Of a DNA stretch of 64,000 nt, positions 12,050-27,962 are shown in pieces (position 1 is the first letter of the stretch; each line of letters begins with the position of its first letter). The translations under genes and the position numbers were made by a program. This stretch comes from Psilocybe cubensis. Taxonomy: Eukaryota. The DNA lies in contig CM039008.1 of NCBI GenBank assembly GCA_017499595.2, forward strand, positions 372,001 to 436,000, in the 5' to 3' direction. Under the pieces are notes generated by a model. It worked only from the letters and a program-made list of their open reading frames with translations, was not told the origin of the DNA and did not search any database.

Positions 12050-13660
12050 TTACATACCACTCTCCGACTGGAACTCGCTGCCACTACCCTCATCTTCTGC
12101 AATATCTGACTGCCTTCCTGTTTCTTCGTCCAAAGTTCCGCCCAAGTTGTCATCCGACCCCGCATTTGTGCTGCTGTCATCGTCGAAAAGGCCTAATGCT
12201 GCATCCAAGCTGTCATCCGACTCGGAACCAAAAAGGTTGTCGTTTGCGGCTTGGTTTATAATATCGTTATCCGATTCGGAGTCACTGGAGTTGCCATTAC
12301 TGGAGACTGGATCCGCCGCTTCTGTAAAATCTTCAACGCTGGAAAGCGGGACCTGATCTGCAACTTCTGCAAAATCTCCGACACTGGAAGGCGGGCTCCC
12401 TTCGGTACCGTACTTGAAGTAGTCGGGTTGGGTGAATGTGGCGGAAGGCAATGTTTGGACGGCGGATATGGCTGCAGAATCAAAGGTGCCGACCTGAGAC
12501 AAAGAGTCTTCAGTGGAATATTTAACCTTTTGCCCTTCCTTGAGATTTTTTGCGTATCCTGTATGTTCTTTCGGATTGCTGACCTCGGAAATGCTGAGGA
12601 CATCTTTGATGGTAAGAGATTTCCCCCAAGTCCACTTGTCGGATGGGGGCGTCTGCTTTGAATTCATCAAATCGGCGGGTATTTCGGGTTTGCGGGTTTT
12701 GATGTTGTCGCGTCCATACGTTGCCGCACCCTCAATAGCAGCATCGTCAAGTTCCTGGCTAAGCTCGTAGAGCTTGAAAAATCCCATTGCACGTCGCGAA
12801 ATACAAGCAACTTGGTTGGAGGCTACATCGGCAAGACATGTAGAGAAATTCTTGACACCTCTGAACTGAACAAGCAGATCATCAGAAAGATTACGGAATT
12901 TAGCACAACAACCACAGTGTATGTCACCGGGTTTAGAGTCGGGAACAATCTGAGTCGGATAAATAAAGTTTGTCTGACCAGGGGCATCGGGAGGGGGATC
13001 AAGAGTAGACAGCTGCCCATGACGTATACCACTCGGCTCAGCGGGAGGCAGCGGTTTGGTGGAATCCTTTGCTTTGGGGAAACTTTTAGCATACTGTTCA
13101 CCATGAAATTTCATGATTTTCCCAATGGTAAGATGATTTAACATTCTTTCGGGACTTGGGGGGGTATTACGAGTCCACCAGTCATAAAGGTATTTTTTGA
13201 CACCTTTCTCAAAACCCTGGTCATTGTCATCCGCGGCCAAAGAGGGCAAAAGATCGGGGTGAAAGTCCATTGGAAACTCTTCGGGTAGACATGCAAAAAG
13301 AGATTCGGAAAGAAGGCGAAGGATGTATGGGATATCCAGCACCCAACCAACTGCATATGCTTGACCGACAACTGCCATAATGTAGTGCTATTGAGTACAT
13401 GAGATTTATCAGTGATAAGATGATGATCATTTCTGATAACACACCAATTCTTCCTGAAGGCAACGTTGCATCCATCCATGGTTGTCCAGACTGGCGTCGA
13501 TGATATGAATTAAAGCCTCGCGAAGTCTAGAAGCACCACAATATATGATTCCTTGCGCCAAAACCTGCTCGGCCTTTTGGGACCCAACTTGGATGTCAAA
13601 GGGGTTGAACGGTCTGATCGTGATCAAGGGTTGGTCAAAAAATGACTCGGAGTCACTCAT
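12050..13660 (-). CDS. Transposon accessory protein of unknown function (~520 aa, 2 exons; Cys/His cluster, acidic tail)
   Basis: ORF 13427-13660 joins ORF 12050-13378 through a GTGTGT...CAATAG intron (~13391-13444); 'IHCGCCAKF...C...C' cluster; D/S/E-rich C-terminus. Confidence 0.7.
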
Positions 13661-13692
13661 GGTGGTTGCAGATTAAGGACAAAAATTTCAAA

Positions 13693-16600
13693 TTACAAAG
13701 GTTTGTAATGTTTATTTACTGATCTAAAAGATCGATCTGATATCAAAGCCAAATGATGCCACATTTGCGCTTTGCGATGTGCATATGCTATTGCACCCGG
13801 CAAAATTGTCGGGTTATCCTCGATAGCCGACTTCCAGGTTGCACTCTTGTGTAAGAAATATGTCACGGTCCATTGCATCTCATACCTAACCAATGTACTC
13901 TCCTCCTTCCATCGTTGAAAGTGAGCTCTGGCTCTTAACCAATGTACTCTTTTAACTGAAAGGTTAATAGAAATTAGCGCTCAACAAAAATAGAATCAAT
14001 ATGAGAAATTAACTGACATTCAAGCACTGTTGCCGGATCAGCGTTATCGCCGAGAGAATTCGGATCGGCATTGTCGGGAGCGTCGGGATCCAGCACCCAT
14101 CGGGGACCTAACCGTTGATTTACTGAGTACCATATCCATGACAAGCGGAAATTTGTCGATCCTGGTATGTTCGGGTTAAGAACAGCGGTACTTGATCGGA
14201 CATCATCTTTGGTGAGGACCCGAAACTCCCGAAGAATATTGTTGTCGGCACCAAGTTGAACTAGGCAATCTCGACATCGTGAGTAGGCTTGTGCATGATG
14301 TGAAATGCGTTCCCTCAACTCCTTTGCTGCCGCTTGTCCTCGTGTACGCACACCTTTTCGTGGGCCCTTTCGTATGACATCGGAATACTGAAATGACCTC
14401 TCTGCAATAAGTTCTCGAATTTGATTCAGGTGTCCTCGAGCTTGTGAAATCCTAGCATGTATTTCAGATGGTGCATGAATGATGTCCACATTCCCATTAG
14501 AAGGTAGGAATATTGTTTGAAGGTCAATAGGCTCATACACCGCTGAACCCGATCCCGGCGCCAAAATGTCTTCCTCATCCTCCCAATCTATAAAGAGTTG
14601 TTCGGGTATTTCATTCCCTTTGGAAGCTGTCGGAAGAACTCCCGCGTCATTTTGCAGAATGCTTAGTTGAGCCATTAATGCTTTTAAAGTTTCGCGTAGC
14701 TTTATTAATTTGTTACGTTCCGCAAGCCGATCATGGTTAATAAGGCGTCGGGCTCTCATCCGAATGTCCAATCTGTGTGTATAACTATTAACACCATGAT
14801 AAATAATCAAGACTGATTTAAACACATACTGTCTTTCTTCCACAACTACTGCAAATTGTATCCATGACTCAATCGGGTTTAGAGGTCGATGCGGAACTGC
14901 ATCGGGAGTGACTGTGGAGGTTCCAGGCCTTTTTGCTGCATATATATCCATAACCTTTGGGTCCACCAACCTCTTGGACTCAGCTTCTTCAATTTGTTGT
15001 TTCCATAACTTTACTGCATCGGGGTCAGCTCCTTGGGTTAAGTTTACAAATGCTACCCGATACTGCTCTTGTTTTTCTTCAGCCTCATCATGCCTACGAC
15101 AGAGATATTTTGTGATTCCAAGAGCCTTTTTGTGATTAGAGTCGGAAGCATGATCGTCTAGCAACTCTGCACGGTGCGCCAGAGTTGCTGTGCGGGCGGC
15201 GGGAGATATATGATTCAAATCCGCCCATAGTGATTCCAAAATTTCTCCGCAGACGCAAGCGGCACCAGGAATGAAGGTTGGTGCATATCTAAAGAAACAT
15301 TCATCTTTATGAGCATGTACGTGAAACATGCCAATTGCCCGATCAACTTTGAGTCCTTTGGGGAGTAGATGCCCAATACGCTTGAGAAGATAAATGATAT
15401 ATTGACAGATTATGTCGTAGATAACCGCTAGGCCTTGGTCGGGATCAACACCTGTTGATTTTAATGCTGATAGAAGGGCAAAGTCGACATTCTTTTGTTG
15501 CTCTCCTTTAAAAAGATCGACAAGTGAATTGGGGGCGTAACATCCATGCCTTGCACAGGCAACCCCCACAATGCCTGTAACATCGCAGGATTTTGATGAT
15601 AATAATGAATTTTGGATTGCCCGGAATGTGTTTTCACATGGTGCTCCCTGAAGAGGGTAGTTAGATATTCCACCTGTTATTTATCAAATACAAAGCTCTT
15701 ACTGTCAATGCTTCAATGGCGGATTTCAAAAATTCACCATACTCCATTCGATCGGGTGTCATTCCACCACCTTCCGACAACCATATATCGCGGGATGGTT
15801 TTTTAGATCGGACATGGTCTGCTTTGAAGTTTCCGTCCGCTACAAAAACACGCTTGTAGACCCAGCGATTGGGGTCATCTTTCCAGTTGGCACTCAAATT
15901 GACACCAGGCTGTGGACATGCTGGGCAGAAATTGGCTAGTTCTCCCCGCCCAACCGACAGTGCACTTTTGCCGTTATGGCCTCCGAATCCTGCCCATTTT
16001 AACTTTTTCATCCATCTCCATAAGCGGGACATCCGTCGAAATTCATTATAAAGATTGACAATGGTATGCGGGGCAGTCGGATTGGTGACACGTCGCAATA
16101 GGGAGTAGAACTGGTAAGCAGAAGACTTGAGTTCTAAATTTGAGAGTCGAAAATAATCTAATAATTGTGCGGAAAATAGTGTGCGGATTTGCTGGAAACT
16201 TGTCGGTAGCAATCGGCATGCCATGAGATCTAAAGGAAGCTGCCCCGACCCATGGCAAACGCAAGATACCATAGCCAAATGATGAAGGCCATTAGTATGC
16301 ACAACTCGCACATAGGAATTGTTTAACCCATCAGCAAAGGGGGCATTTCCAGTGAAGGTAGAGTTGGGATCCCGATTCCCGACCGTTGGTGGCGAAAGAT
16401 ATGCTGGCATGAATCGGACATCGGAGTCGGCATCACCTACCTCTGCTTCATCATCACCATCTTCAAATCCCTCCAAATTTGATGGATCCTCCCGAAGCTG
16501 GTTGAGATACTCCTCAAACTGATCATCTGTAATGCCATCTGGATTTTGGGTATGTTCTGAGTCCTCCTTAGTATCATCCATAAAAATATCATTGTCATAT

Positions 16601-17438
16601 CTTGAAGGATATGAAGGTGATTCAGATGTCGGGTGTGCGACGCGCAGTAGAGCCTGTTCTTCAAAGTCTTTCCGCTCTTCCAACTCCTCAAGAAGTTGCT
16701 TTTGAAATGTTAGAGATTCGCATAGAGGAGGAAATTCTGCAGAATGGTGAGATATTAATAGATAACATCCCACCTCCCATAGCTCTGCTGATCGGAAATA
16801 GGCACCATTCCAACGCTCTATCCTATGCATTGGATTAACCTGATGCTCATGTCGTATGCACCGTCTGCATAATAGAGATGGAATAGAGCAATCTCGACAC
16901 CTCCATACCGAGATGCAATCGTTATGGCATTGTGTGCAGATGGATGGTGCATTAAGCGCCCTCGGCGCTTCTCGACTCAGCAATGCACCAAGTATATCAT
17001 CCACTCGTTCCACAAATTGCAGAATGTAGTCTCTTTGAGTCTTTAACGTATAAGATAAGCCAGCAACTCCATTTAAAACTTTGAAATTACCTTTCGAGGT
17101 CTGGAGTCTACAGGTCTTCCATCGTCGCGGTGGTCATCAGTGTTGTGTATGTCATAATCACCTTCATAGCCTTCCGATGTATCCTGATTGTCTATATGCC
17201 ATGGATCACCTGTATTACGCCTCTGTGGAACTGCCAATGAGACTGGAACAAGGAAAGTCAGTGATTGTAATAATAGCTTGCATTTTTTGATACCTTTTAC
17301 CAAGTCCGGAACCGTCCTTCCAGTTCTTGTTGTACGAGTACGATTTTCATATGTTACTGCGTCTGCTGCATCAGCATCATCCTCATATAATGTCCCCTTT
17401 TTGGATCTTCTTGAACTTTTGGTTCTCTGTGACGGCAT
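13693..17438 (-). CDS. KDZ (Kyakuja-Dileera-Zisupton) transposase with CxC2 cysteine cluster; multi-exon, apparently intact
   Basis: CxC2 region 'CRDC...CRRCIRHEHQVNPMHRIERWNG', 'VVHTNGLH', 'CVCH', 'TLFSAQLL'; 'CPACPQPGVN'; catalytic-region motifs 'VADGNFKADH', 'GVACARHG', 'KGEQQKNVD', 'YDIICQY', 'FHVHAH..EC', 'GEILESLWA', 'LDDHASDSN'; C-terminal 'LSWIW' and 'RVHWLRARA..RW.EE..LV..EM'. Confidence 0.93.
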
Positions 17439-17634
17439 AGAAAAGGAATAGAAAGAGCAGAACAAAGTACAAACGTGAAGACTCTTAGGTTCCTTATCAT
17501 GAAATCGATTGGATCTTATTCCTGAATGGAGGTTGTGAAATTTGTCATACAGGCCTGAAAAATATAAATAGGGAAACCTTCTAGCTAAGCTGAATTCTTT
17601 ACACCCCCATAAAAAGGTATAAGCAGCCCAGAAC

Positions 17635-19625
17635 ATGTCGGAGATAGATGAGCAAGATGTTCTAGATGTTTTTCAGACCCACGATAGGCGCAAGAGGGTG
17701 TACAATAGTCTGGAGAGAAAGGAAATAGACCCTTTCAAAGAAGAATATTTTGCGGCAACATCTAATCTTGAACGCAAACAGGTTGTATGCAAGATTCTCC
17801 CTAAACTATTTAATATTTGGGTTACGACAGGAAGTAGACGTCTGTCTGCAACTCAGGAATTTGCACAAAAAGAGGCAAAGGTATGTTACTATTGGTTACT
17901 TACCTGACAATATTTACCAATTCCGATTACTGCCAGCGGCTACTTGGTTGGATTCGGAATAATTGGAGAGCACCTCAACCAACCGGTGCTGAACTCAAGG
18001 GGAAAAAGCACAAGCGTACTACTGTGCTATGGCGAACCCGACCCGACGATGTCTATAAGGAAATTGCCTCAATCCTTGGACTTGAACATGCCGACAGTAC
18101 TACACCTTTGGCATTTGAAACCCGCTCCCGTGCGATGGGCAATATTATTAGCCGCATGACTCCGCAAGAAAAACGAGCTCTGGATAGGGAAGCGGAAACA
18201 TTGAATACAGTTGAGTATACGGACGAGCAGAAACTAAAGTAAGTCATTAATATTTAACAGTACACTAGCTCTAAAATATTTATAGGAGGGGGAACAAATA
18301 TGCTTTTAAGAGGCTTGATGAGGCTGCTACTGTTCATTGGGCAGAAATGGGTTTGATGAATATAACATTTGTTGCAAGGCTCAATGAATCGGGCCAGCTC
18401 TCTGTCCGAGTGTGAGTCATGTTTTTCCACATTCAAACACATGCACTCACCAATTTGATAGTCATGATCAAGTTGCTAGTACACTTGGTGTTGTCTCCAC
18501 TCTGTTTGAGGACCAGAAGCCCGATGAAGTCACCCAAATGAAGAGGATGGTTGCTACATATGTTCGTGGGTTGTTAAATGCTAGAGACAGAATACGGAAT
18601 GGGACCCGCAATGAAAACACTACTGAAATATCTATCCTTGACCAAGATCCCGACGGATTTCCGCTTTTGCCATCCAACTTTGATGCAAGTAAATACAACA
18701 AGGAACAGTTGGAAGAGTTGTATCGTATGTATATGGGGCAGAACTACTGTGAGTTGCCAGTCATTATTTTCTTCAAAAGGGATACCTTTGCCTAACAATT
18801 GAGTAGTTTTAGCCACCAATGGCCGTTCTAAACATGCACCATTTAATGCTCTTCATGAATATCAGTCAACATTTATTTCACCAGAATATTTACCCCCAAA
18901 GGTCCGCCTTAATGCACCCCGCTCAGTCAGTTTAGATGACCTCCGACGTATCATGGACCACATTTACGCCCGACAAGAAATATTTCCACCCAGCCAGGTC
19001 TTCCGCTTCCGCAAGGTAAAAAAATTTAGGAAGGGGGATGAAACTACCCCAACAAATTACCCCGACGAAGACTTTCAATCTGATGCAGAGAAGCGCCGGG
19101 TTCCACCTAAAAAACCAAAAAAAGCAGCTAAAAAGAAGAATACTGCCGCACCTACGAAACCCGCACCTCTTGAATCTGCACCACTCCGCATTGAAGACAT
19201 GCAAGGTGCTTCTCAATTGGTGTCCTTTGATAGTTTTCAGCCAGTAGAAGCGCCCTCAAAAGCACCACCTCCACCACCTCACACAAAGATCAATATGCAG
19301 GATATTGACCCAGTTTTGTTGAATGAAAGTCAAGCAAATCAAGTTATAATTCACACACCCGCACCCGCACCCGCACCCGCACCTGCACCACCCGCACCCG
19401 CACCACCCGCACCCACACCCACACCACCTGCACCCGCACCACCTGCACCTGCACCCACACCACCTGCACCTGCATCGGCACCTGCGCCCACGCCCGCACC
19501 TGCACCACCCGCACCTGTACCCGCACCACCTGCATCCGCACCCGCACACGCACCCACACACGCACCCGCACCCGCACCCGCACCCGCACCCGCACCCGCA
19601 CCCGCACCCGCACCCGCAGATGCAC

Positions 19626-19656
<31 letters not shown>

Positions 19657-20029
19657 TGCACCCACACCCACACCCACACCCACACCCGCACCCGCACCCA
19701 CATCCACAGCACCAACTCTAGTGATTGGTACTAATGGATTGCTTGATGTTAGTATTCTGGAGCCTGGGCGGCATACCAACAAAAACAAATCTTCCCGACC
19801 CAAACCACGTCCGAGAAAAAAGCCAACCACTCCCGATGAGATTGCACAGGCTGAAGAGTCAAGACGTTTATTGGAAGAGGCGCGGCAGATCGAGGCATCA
19901 TTGCATATACCAGCACATGCAGATAAGCAAGCAGAAAGTTCAGGTGTGCGAAGAAAGCATAGAGAGGTAGATGAGGACCTTATTCTCTCTGGAAAGCGGG
20001 TACGCCGTCAAAGACAAAGAAGCCATTAG
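17635..20029 (+). CDS. Transposon accessory protein, multi-exon, with Pro/Ala repeat and basic C-terminus
   Basis: Chain of ORFs (17635, 17883, 18412, 18953) separated by short GT..AG introns; (PA)n/(HA)n tract; K/R-rich NLS-like segments; divergent from the transposase. Confidence 0.75.
19354..19705 (+). repeat. Coding hexanucleotide repeat (GCACCC)n and variants
   Basis: gcacccgcaccc... encoding PAPAPA, HAHAHA and PTPTPT. Confidence 0.9.
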
Positions 20030-20145
20030 ATATTCTATGTATCTTAGTATCATGTTTTCACAATAAGAAAGTTTGGGCAAGCAGGAAAAATATATTGATA
20101 GAGATACAAAAAAAACCAGCCTGCACAATCAACCACTACACAATT

Positions 20146-23655
<3,510 letters not shown>

Positions 23656-23924
23656 TTGTAACAGCTAAGAGGGGGGAGTGTGGAGTATGTGTTAAATGTG
23701 TTGATTGGGGGGTCAGGGATGTATGTGGAGAGAAGCAAGTTGCACAAGTTGCACGGTACCTCTGAATTGACCCGATACGCTGTAAGTCGAAAGGTCATGT
23801 GATTGTTCCCAGACGTGCACCTATGATTGCCTCCGCAAATGCTTGGCGTGCAAGGGTATATCATGGCATCTCTTGTGATTTTTCGAGGCATCCTATCTTT
23901 TCCTCCCAAAGCCACTGTCGCGTC

Positions 23925-24569
23925 ATGTCCGATTTCAATCCCAAGCCTCAGACTGTTGAATCCAATGTTCCCAGTGGTTATACTGTTATTGAGGGGCCCG
24001 GGGGGAAGAAGTACCTTGTCCCCCTTTTTGTGGTGCCCTCTCTGGAATATTCAATGTCCGCTTATCACAAAAAAGCGGAAATGAAGACTGAAATCGCCAA
24101 TGCTGACGGTCTGGTAAGTAATCAGTTTTAATTGATTTTTATATTGAAAGTATTTACCATCCTAAGGATCCCTATCTTGAACGCTTACAGACCTACAACA
24201 CTATTGCGGGAACGCTGCACGCACCACCCGACCCGGTATGTCATTAAAATCCAAACCGCGCCACTCACACACACTAATGATCACTTCTGGCAGCCGCTTA
24301 CCGACAAGGAGCTTCTCCGACAACATGCTGAGGTCCAAGCACTTGTAGAAAAACTTGGCATCTCATATCGCGACGCTGCTCACCGCCTTTATATGGCCGA
24401 AATGGAGAAGTTGAAGGTCGCCGACATGCAAAGAAAATCATTCCAAATCTTTGAGAAGCGGGCGACTAACACCCTCAAGGGGATTGCAGGGCGCCATAAT
24501 TACAAGAGCAATTATTTTATGATGTACAAGAAAATGAAATCCGAAATATCAAAGCAGAAGGAGCAGTAG
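23925..24569 (+). CDS. Small transposon accessory protein, 3 exons
   Basis: MSDFNPKPQ...ADGL, GTAAGT intron, then ...PLTDKELLRQHAEVQALVEKLGISYRDAAHRLYMAEMEKLK...; divergent from the 20146-23655 gene. Confidence 0.7.
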
Positions 24570-24749
24570 ATACATAGCTAGTGATACATAGTTAGTTTCT
24601 TTAAAACAAATTATCACTGTTCCTTGCCTCAGACATGAGTGTAATGTGAAGTACAATACTCCCTAGTAGGTCAAGTTTGAAATTGTACTTGACTCGTTGA
24701 CATGAACCCTTGACTTCCAGCACCAAGCGGTATGCACATATTCAACTGT

Positions 24750-25050
24750 GCCAAACCCGATCATCAATTGTCGGTATTACTACTTAGAAATTTCCGCAGA
24801 GTACACTAAGACCCGACCTCACTGTATATTCCGACAATCCTACTAGATGTCAGCTAGAAGTCCTATTAATTACTGCTGTTCAATGAATCCACGCTATATG
24901 CTACATTGTAAATTCCCTGTTTTGGATAGTGTATATTCGCTGCTTTAATGAATTCTTTGAATCCGTATAATGCATCACAATGTATAGGTTCATTGTATCG
25001 TATGTTACTGTACAATGTTACAGTGCTATGTGAATTATTATTCATTTGAG
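24750..25050 (-). repeat. Inner part of the right inverted end of the KDZ element
   Basis: Colinear inverted similarity to 10510-10830 (ttcaatgaatc; aatgaattc; cattgtatcgtatgttactgtacaatg; tgtcgg..tact..tttccg). Confidence 0.7.
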
Positions 25051-25104
25051 TACAGTAGTAGGGACATGTTATGCATGTACATTGAAAGCGCATGCAATAT
25101 CGGA

Positions 25105-25285
25105 CTAGTGTGCGTGCACGTTCTCCTTCCCGCCCACAGACCAGTGCGGTGCGCCGAGGATGGGGTGCTGATACCCCTGCTGTGCATGAGAATGCTGCTT
25201 GTGCACCTCCTCCGTGACCAGCGCATCCTCTCCGAGCAACACACTCTCATCCACAGGCTTCATCACATCTGCCTCTGCCTGCGCT
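25105..25285 (-). pseudogene. Probable captured 3' end of an unidentified gene
   Basis: GC-rich, codon-like frame ...AEADVMKPVDESVLLGEDALVTEEVHKQHSHAQQGYQHPILGAPHWSVGGKENVHAH* ending in TAG at 25105-25107; no start codon context. Confidence 0.4.
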
Positions 25286-25320
25286 TTTCAGCCAACGCAG
25301 CTCACATCTCACAGCAAAGC

Positions 25321-26176
25321 TTACCGCGTCGGAAACGCCCCCAGTAGCTTCACACTCCACCCGCACTCGAGGCGGCAGCGGCATTGGCATTGGCAGCAGC
25401 AGTAGCATTAGCGCTTGACCCCGTTCGCCACCTCTCCAGATGATGAAAGTACGTCCCATATTGCGACAGACACTGGCCAATACTCTGTCCGAGACCCGCC
25501 ATGCCCATTACTGCTCCGGGTCCCGCTGCACCTGTTCCAATACCTGCGCCGGCTGCACCTCCACCACTTGTGCTCGCGCTTGTACCTACTCCAGCACCCG
25601 TGCCTACAGCAGCACCAGCGGATGCAGACGCAGACGTAAAGGTAGATGAAGAACCACCAACACCACCCAAACCCAGCGGCACACCCTCGCCCGCCTCCAT
25701 TGCTGCTGCCACTGCCTCACTTTCAGCACCTTCACTGATCATCAACTCCGAGAGCGCGAGCCCATTTGCACGTGCGCCTTGAACACCGTGGTCTACCTCA
25801 TTATCATTGTCGTCATTGTCTGAGGAGTGCGAGTGGTCAGAGAGCCACGCGCCGTTGTTGGGGAGCATGATGACCCCAGATGCATGGTCGTAGCTAAGAC
25901 GGTGGTTGAGCGCGTGCAGGTGTGTATGCGCGTGGTGGGGTGTTGGGTGGGAGTGTGGCCGTTGTTGGCATTGGCCTGATGGTCCAGCGGCGGGAGAGGA
26001 GGTGGATATGGATGCGGCGCCTTGCCATGGATCGAACATCGCGCTTGGGTCCGGAAGGATTCCTCCTGCACCACCATTTCCGTTTGCATTTCCACCAACA
26101 CCTACACTACCAGCCACTCCCGCGCCCTCCTGCAACATCCTTCTCAACCGTCCACTCACACGGCCGCACGTTCCTT
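25321..26176 (-). pseudogene. Captured C-terminal fragment of a basidiomycete hypothetical protein
   Basis: Begins ~10 bp after the HSP60 stop with QGTCGRVSGRLRRMLQEG, then RLSYDHASGVIMLP and YGTYFHH; LLGAFPTR* is reached only by a frameshift; no promoter space or ATG. Confidence 0.55.
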
Positions 26177-26187
26177 GTCAACCCCCT

Positions 26188-27962
26188 CTAAAATTCACCC
26201 ATGCCGCCCATACCACCCATACCCCCAGCACCCGCCTTCTCCTCCTCGGAGAATTGACGACGCACGCCTCGCTCGTGAACAGCAAGCTGGCTACGCCGCT
26301 CGCATCCACCAACGCCGTGCGCACAACTTTCAAGGGGTCAACGATACCCTCGCGCACCATGTCGACGTACTCGCCCTTGGCGGCGTTGTAGCCCCAGGAG
26401 AGCTTGTCTGCGCTGCCGTAGCCCGTTGGGCCTGCAAGGAATGTTGAATAGTTCCAGACGTACATTGTGTACAACACCACTCACCCTGGTTCAAAAGAGC
26501 ACCAACGATAACAGCACTCTTCTCACCGGCATTTATTCAGAATCGCACGCGTAGGCTGCGTAAGCGCACGCCTGATAATACCCACACCCAACTCCTGATC
26601 AAAGTTGGCCGTACGAATAGGCTGGGCATCTCCACTCACAGGGCTGCTCGTGCTCGCAGCCTGCGCACTCGCCGTCGCGAGCTGCAACGACGCCTTGAGG
26701 AGCGCAACACCGCCTCCGGGGAGGATACCCTCCTCGACAGCAGCGCGGGTCGTGTTGAGCGCGTCGTCGTACCTGTCCTTCTTCTCGCCGACCTCGACCT
26801 CGGATGCACCGCCCACCTTGATGACAGCTACACCTCCGCTCAGCTTCGCGAGACGTTCTTGAAGCTTGCTGCGGTCAAAGTCGCCCGTCGTGGGGTCCGC
26901 AATCAAGGCACGGATCTGCTCGCACCGTGCAGCAATCTGATCCTTCGCACCTTCACCGTTGAGAATGATCGTGTCGTCCTTGGTGACAGTGACGCTTCCA
27001 GTCGAACCGAGCATCTCCGCTGACGCACGCTCGAGCTTGACATCGAGCTCGTCCGTGAACACAGTTCCGCCAGTGAGAATGGCAAGGTCACCGAGGATGC
27101 TCTTGCGGTTGTCTCCGAACCCAGGAGCCTTGACAGCGCACACCTGGAGCTGACCACGGAGCTTGTTGAGGATGCAGGCAGCAAGAGCCTCGCCGTCGAC
27201 GTCCTCTGCAATGATGATCAGTGGGCGGCTGGCCTGCGCCGCGGCCTCGAGGGCAGGGAGGATATCCTGTAGGGCGGAAATCTTCTTCTCAGAAAGCAGG
27301 ATAAAGGGCTTCTCGAACTCGACGCGTTGGGACTTGGTGTTGGTGATGAAGTAGGGTGAAATGTAACCACAGTCAAAGCGCATACCCTCCGTGATCTCAA
27401 TCTCGTCCTCAATCATCTTTCCCTCCTTCACAGTGATGACACCCTCCTTTCCGACCTTTTCCATCGCCTGAGCAATCAATCCTCCAACGTGGGCATCACC
27501 GTTCGCAGAGATAGTGGCAACTTGTGCGATTTCGGCGGTTGTTGTGATAGTTTTGGCGTGTGCGGAGAGAAAAGAAACGACGCGGTCGACGGCAGCCTGG
27601 GATCCACGGCGCAGGTCCATGGGGTTGCATCCAGCTGCGACGTTCTTGACATCTTCTGAGTAGATGGCACGCGCAAGAACAGTGGCGGTTGTCGTGCCGT
27701 CTCCAGCAATTTCATTTGTTTTCGAGGCAACATCTTGAATCAGGCTGAGCAAATCTACTTAGCGCTCTGCTCGAAAACAGTGAAAGTGGGAAGACGTACC
27801 GAGCGCCCAGGTTCTCAAACTTGTCTTCACACCGTCTGTCGAAAACCAAACCCTCGTCAGCAAACACTCTCCCAGAACCACGAAACAACGCACCCTTGGT
27901 GATTTTTGGTCCACCGTACGCCTGCTCAATGATCACATTGTGACCCTTTGGTCCAAGTGTCG
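26188..27962 (-). pseudogene. HSP60: 5'-truncated, frameshifted mitochondrial chaperonin HSP60 (GroEL family) copy retaining introns
   Basis: [43 protein letters not shown] and GGMGGM tail; N-terminus missing; deletion after DGV (~27830); extra base at ~26533; missing base at ~26246; three GT..AG introns retained. Confidence 0.9.

Noticed and set aside
19256-19830. Cys/Gly-, Val/Arg- and Gly/Ala-rich ORFs on the minus strand
   Set aside because: Shadow frames of the (GCACCC)n repeat in the plus-strand gene
25090-25125. Possible Helitron 3' end (CTAG followed by T, with a small GTGC-AC-GCAC hairpin)
   Set aside because: The hairpin is very short and abuts CTAG instead of lying ~10 nt upstream; the TAG is explained as the stop of a captured fragment; no matching 5' TC end was found. 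Not fully excluded
26523-27752. Functional HSP60 gene
   Set aside because: Missing N-terminus, disrupted DGVT motif, frameshifts and substitutions at conserved residues
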